Shown here: positions 30,044-32,000 of the stretch, in pieces
Numbering within the stretch: position 1 is the first letter of the stretch
Layout: every line of letters begins with the position of its first letter
Assembly: GCF_000020025.1 (NCBI RefSeq)
Contig: NC_010628.1
Coordinates: forward strand, 3,720,001-3,752,000
Length of the DNA: 32,000 nt
Reading direction: 5' to 3'
Source: Nostoc punctiforme PCC 73102
GTDB lineage: Bacteria > Cyanobacteriota > Cyanobacteriia > Cyanobacteriales > Nostocaceae
Notes under the pieces: generated by a model
The model's database searches: none
What the model was told of the DNA's origin: nothing
Seen by the model: only the letters and a program-made list of their open reading frames with translations
Position numbers and translations under genes: made by a program

Positions 30044-32000
30044 TTAATTAATGTCTGCCAATATATCGTCAATATCTTCTTGACTTAACCCAGCTTTGGG
30101 AAAGTCTGAAGGTGTAAATCCGCCAACATTGGGTAACTGGCAATGTTGAATTAAAGTTCGTAAAGCTTCCATAAACTGTCTAGCTAAACGCTCAACTGTA
30201 CTGCGTTGATGAACTTTCTCGCTATACTCCCAATTTATTTGTAGTTCGCCATTCATTACCAATCCGCTTACCTGTAATAAATAATTGCGATATTCTTGGA
30301 GACTATGTTCTGTTCCTCCAGATTCTTGAGCAAATTCCCAAGTAGCGATCGCTGATGATTCTCGGTTAAACTGCCCTAAGTAGTTGAAACTCACTTCTGC
30401 TTTGGGCAAATGCTCTAGTTGCTCTGCATCTTGGCTCAGATAGCGTAAGACTCCATAACCAATACCTCGCATCGGCAAGCGGCGTAATTGCTCTTTGACT
30501 AATTTCAGCGCCTCGCCTGGATTTGTCTCATCTCCTAATTTTAAGTGAACAGGGAACAAAGTTGTAAACCAGCCTACAGTCCGTGACAAATCCACGTCTT
30601 CAAATAGTTCTTCTCGTCCATGTCCTTCAAGGTCAACTAATAAGGAGTCAGAACCAGTCCACTGGGTAAAGCTCTGCATTAAGGCGGTTAGCAGCACATC
30701 ATTAATTTGGGTGTTGTAAACAGCAGGTACTTCCTGTAACAGTGTATCCGTCTCTTCACTACTCAAAGACAATGACACATAAGCAGATGAAGCTATGGTG
30801 TTGGTTTCTTTGGTTGGGGGATAATCTACTGGTAAAGGAGTAATGTTTGTGGCTGATTCAGCTAACCAGTAGTTGATTTCGCTACTGAGTGCGGCTGATT
30901 GAGCATATTTAGTAAGTTGTAAAGACCAATATTGAAAGGATGTAGTCTTAGGAGGTAATTGAATCACCTCAGCGCGAATCAACTGCTGGTAGCCAGTTTG
31001 CAAATCATCCAATAAAATTCGCCAAGAAACACCATCCACCGCCAAGTGATGAATCACCAGCAACAACCGACTCGGCTGATTATCACCAAGAGTAAATAAT
31101 ACTGCTCGCATCAACGGGCCAGTGGATAAACTCAGACTCGCTTGAAATTCACTACCAGCATTCTCCAAAGCAGCTGGTTGTTCCTGTGGCGAGAGAGTGG
31201 ATAAATCAACCACACTCAAAGCCACTGTTTCTTCAAAAGCCGCGTTAAATTGTTTCCAGATAACAGCATCCAGCACAAAGCGCAAGCGTAAAGCATCATG
31301 GTGTAGAAGTAACTGCTGCAAAACCCGTCTTAAAAGTTCCACGTCAAGGTCTGATGGAACTGATAGCAGCACTGATTGGTTGTAATGATGGGGTTGGGGC
31401 TGATTTTGAGCAAAGAACCAATGTTGAATCGGCGTTAACGGCACAATTCCTGTAACTAAATCTTGTTGAGCTTGGATTTTTTTAGTTGTGCCTACCACTT
31501 TTGCTAACTGAGCAATTGTCTGATGCTCAAACAACTGCTTAGGACTCAGTTGCAATCCGGCTTGATTTGCACGAGCAATAATTTGCAGACTAAGGATAGA
31601 ATCACCACCCAATTCAAAAAAGTTATCATGAATTCCTACCTGCTGCGATCGCAGAACCTCAGCCCAAATCAGTGCTAATTTTTGTTCAATAGATGTAGTC
31701 GCCGCTACAAAACTCACTTCTAGTTCCGAGCGCGACTCTGGTATAGGTAAGGCACGACGGTCGATTTTACCGTTGGGTGTCATAGGCAAAGCTGCCAAGA
31801 ACACAAAAGCCGCAGGTATCATATAATCAGGCAGCTTTGAGGTGAGGAATTGCCGCAGTTCTGTCACTGTGGGGGTTTGCTCTTGTTTAAGTACAAGATA
31901 AGCCACTAAGCGTTTGACACCAGGGTCATCTTCCCTAGCAATAACTACTGCTTGGAATACAGCCGGATTTTCGTTGAGAACAGTTTCTATCTCTCCCAAC
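30044..32000 (-). CDS. Non-ribosomal peptide synthetase, 3' part only (..A-T-E); the 5' end lies beyond the right window edge
   Basis: The reading frame is open to nt 32000 and begins mid-motif (E)LGEIE of A8. The leading M in the ORF track is an artefact of a TTG codon. The stop is TAA at 30044-30046. Confidence 0.95.
   Translation of the reverse strand, partial: LGEIETVLNENPAVFQAVVIAREDDPGVKRLVAYLVLKQEQTPTVTELRQFLTSKLPDYMIPAAFVFLAALPMTPNGKIDRRALPIPESRSELEVSFVAATTSIEQKLALIWAEVLRSQQVGIHDNFFELGGDSILSLQIIARANQAGLQLSPKQLFEHQTIAQLAKVVGTTKKIQAQQDLVTGIVPLTPIQHWFFAQNQPQPHHYNQSVLLSVPSDLDVELLRRVLQQLLLHHDALRLRFVLDAVIWKQFNAAFEETVALSVVDLSTLSPQEQPAALENAGSEFQASLSLSTGPLMRAVLFTLGDNQPSRLLLVIHHLAVDGVSWRILLDDLQTGYQQLIRAEVIQLPPKTTSFQYWSLQLTKYAQSAALSSEINYWLAESATNITPLPVDYPPTKETNTIASSAYVSLSLSSEETDTLLQEVPAVYNTQINDVLLTALMQSFTQWTGSDSLLVDLEGHGREELFEDVDLSRTVGWFTTLFPVHLKLGDETNPGEALKLVKEQLRRLPMRGIGYGVLRYLSQDAEQLEHLPKAEVSFNYLGQFNRESSAIATWEFAQESGGTEHSLQEYRNYLLQVSGLVMNGELQINWEYSEKVHQRSTVERLARQFMEALRTLIQHCQLPNVGGFTPSDFPKAGLSQEDIDDILADIN
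30125..31465 (-). other. Epimerization domain
   Basis: Contains PLTPIQHWFFAQ, HHLAVDGVSWRILLDD (HH codons 31046-31051), EGHGREE and FNYLGQFN. Confidence 0.9.
30345..30352. repeat. HIP1 palindrome GCGATCGC
   Basis: Exact 8-mer read in the sequence. Confidence 0.95.
31510..31700 (-). other. Peptidyl carrier domain (epimerase-partner type)
   Basis: FFELGGDSILSLQIIARANQAGL; Ser codon at 31598-31600. Confidence 0.9.
31645..31652. repeat. HIP1 palindrome GCGATCGC
   Basis: Exact 8-mer read in the sequence. Confidence 0.95.
31745..32000 (-). other. C-terminal subdomain of an adenylation domain (specificity pocket off-window)
   Basis: Contains LGEIE, REDDPGVKRLVAYLV, LPDYMIPAAFV and PNGKIDRRALP. 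There is no insertion at the PG-x-KRLVAY junction. Confidence 0.85.

Noticed and set aside
4850-31700. Large-scale periodicity of similar sequence every few kb, considered as a possible repeat array or CRISPR-like structure.
   Set aside because: The repeating units are kb-scale protein-coding NRPS domain paralogs (T-E-C and A). They are not short direct repeats with unique spacers, and no cas genes are present.

Overview
The window is almost entirely one minus-strand, collinear hybrid NRPS-PKS biosynthetic gene cluster. The host looks like a filamentous, Nostocales-type cyanobacterium: the DNA is AT-rich and carries 15 exact HIP1 GCGATCGC palindromes, a heptanucleotide tandem repeat and 24-nt dispersed mini-repeats. 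In transcription order (right to left) the genes are: (1) the 3' part of an NRPS entering from the right edge (..A-T-E, 30044-32000); (2) a 3242-aa NRPS (20241-29969: DCL-A[Thr]-T-C*-A[Phe-like]-T-LCL-A[branched aliphatic]-T); (3) a 1538-aa PKS (15632-20248: KS-AT[malonyl]-KR-ACP) whose start overlaps the previous stop; (4) a 4458-aa terminating NRPS (2118-15494: LCL-A[acidic pocket, cationic substrate?]-T-E-DCL-A[Thr]-T-E-DCL-A[Orn code]-T-TE); (5) an MFS exporter (490-1824). A decayed IS4-like transposase fragment (1-324, plus strand) marks the left edge. No tailoring genes, MbtH, PPTase, loading module, rRNA, tRNA or CRISPR array is visible, and the cluster continues past nt 32000. The points most worth a second look are as follows. 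The assembly line is apparently orphan and is predicted to build a statine-type gamma-amino-beta-hydroxy unit inside a cationic, D-residue-rich peptide. Three in-frame mini-repeat insertions sit at exactly the same codon junction of three different A domains; one has an empty-site paralog in the window and one is nested. A 4x heptamer repeat lies in frame inside an A domain. A divergent C domain follows a Thr module and is fed by an epimerase-type carrier domain. All domain boundaries are approximate and anchored on motifs read by eye. All specificity calls are hand-read Stachelhaus-type codes and need computational confirmation.
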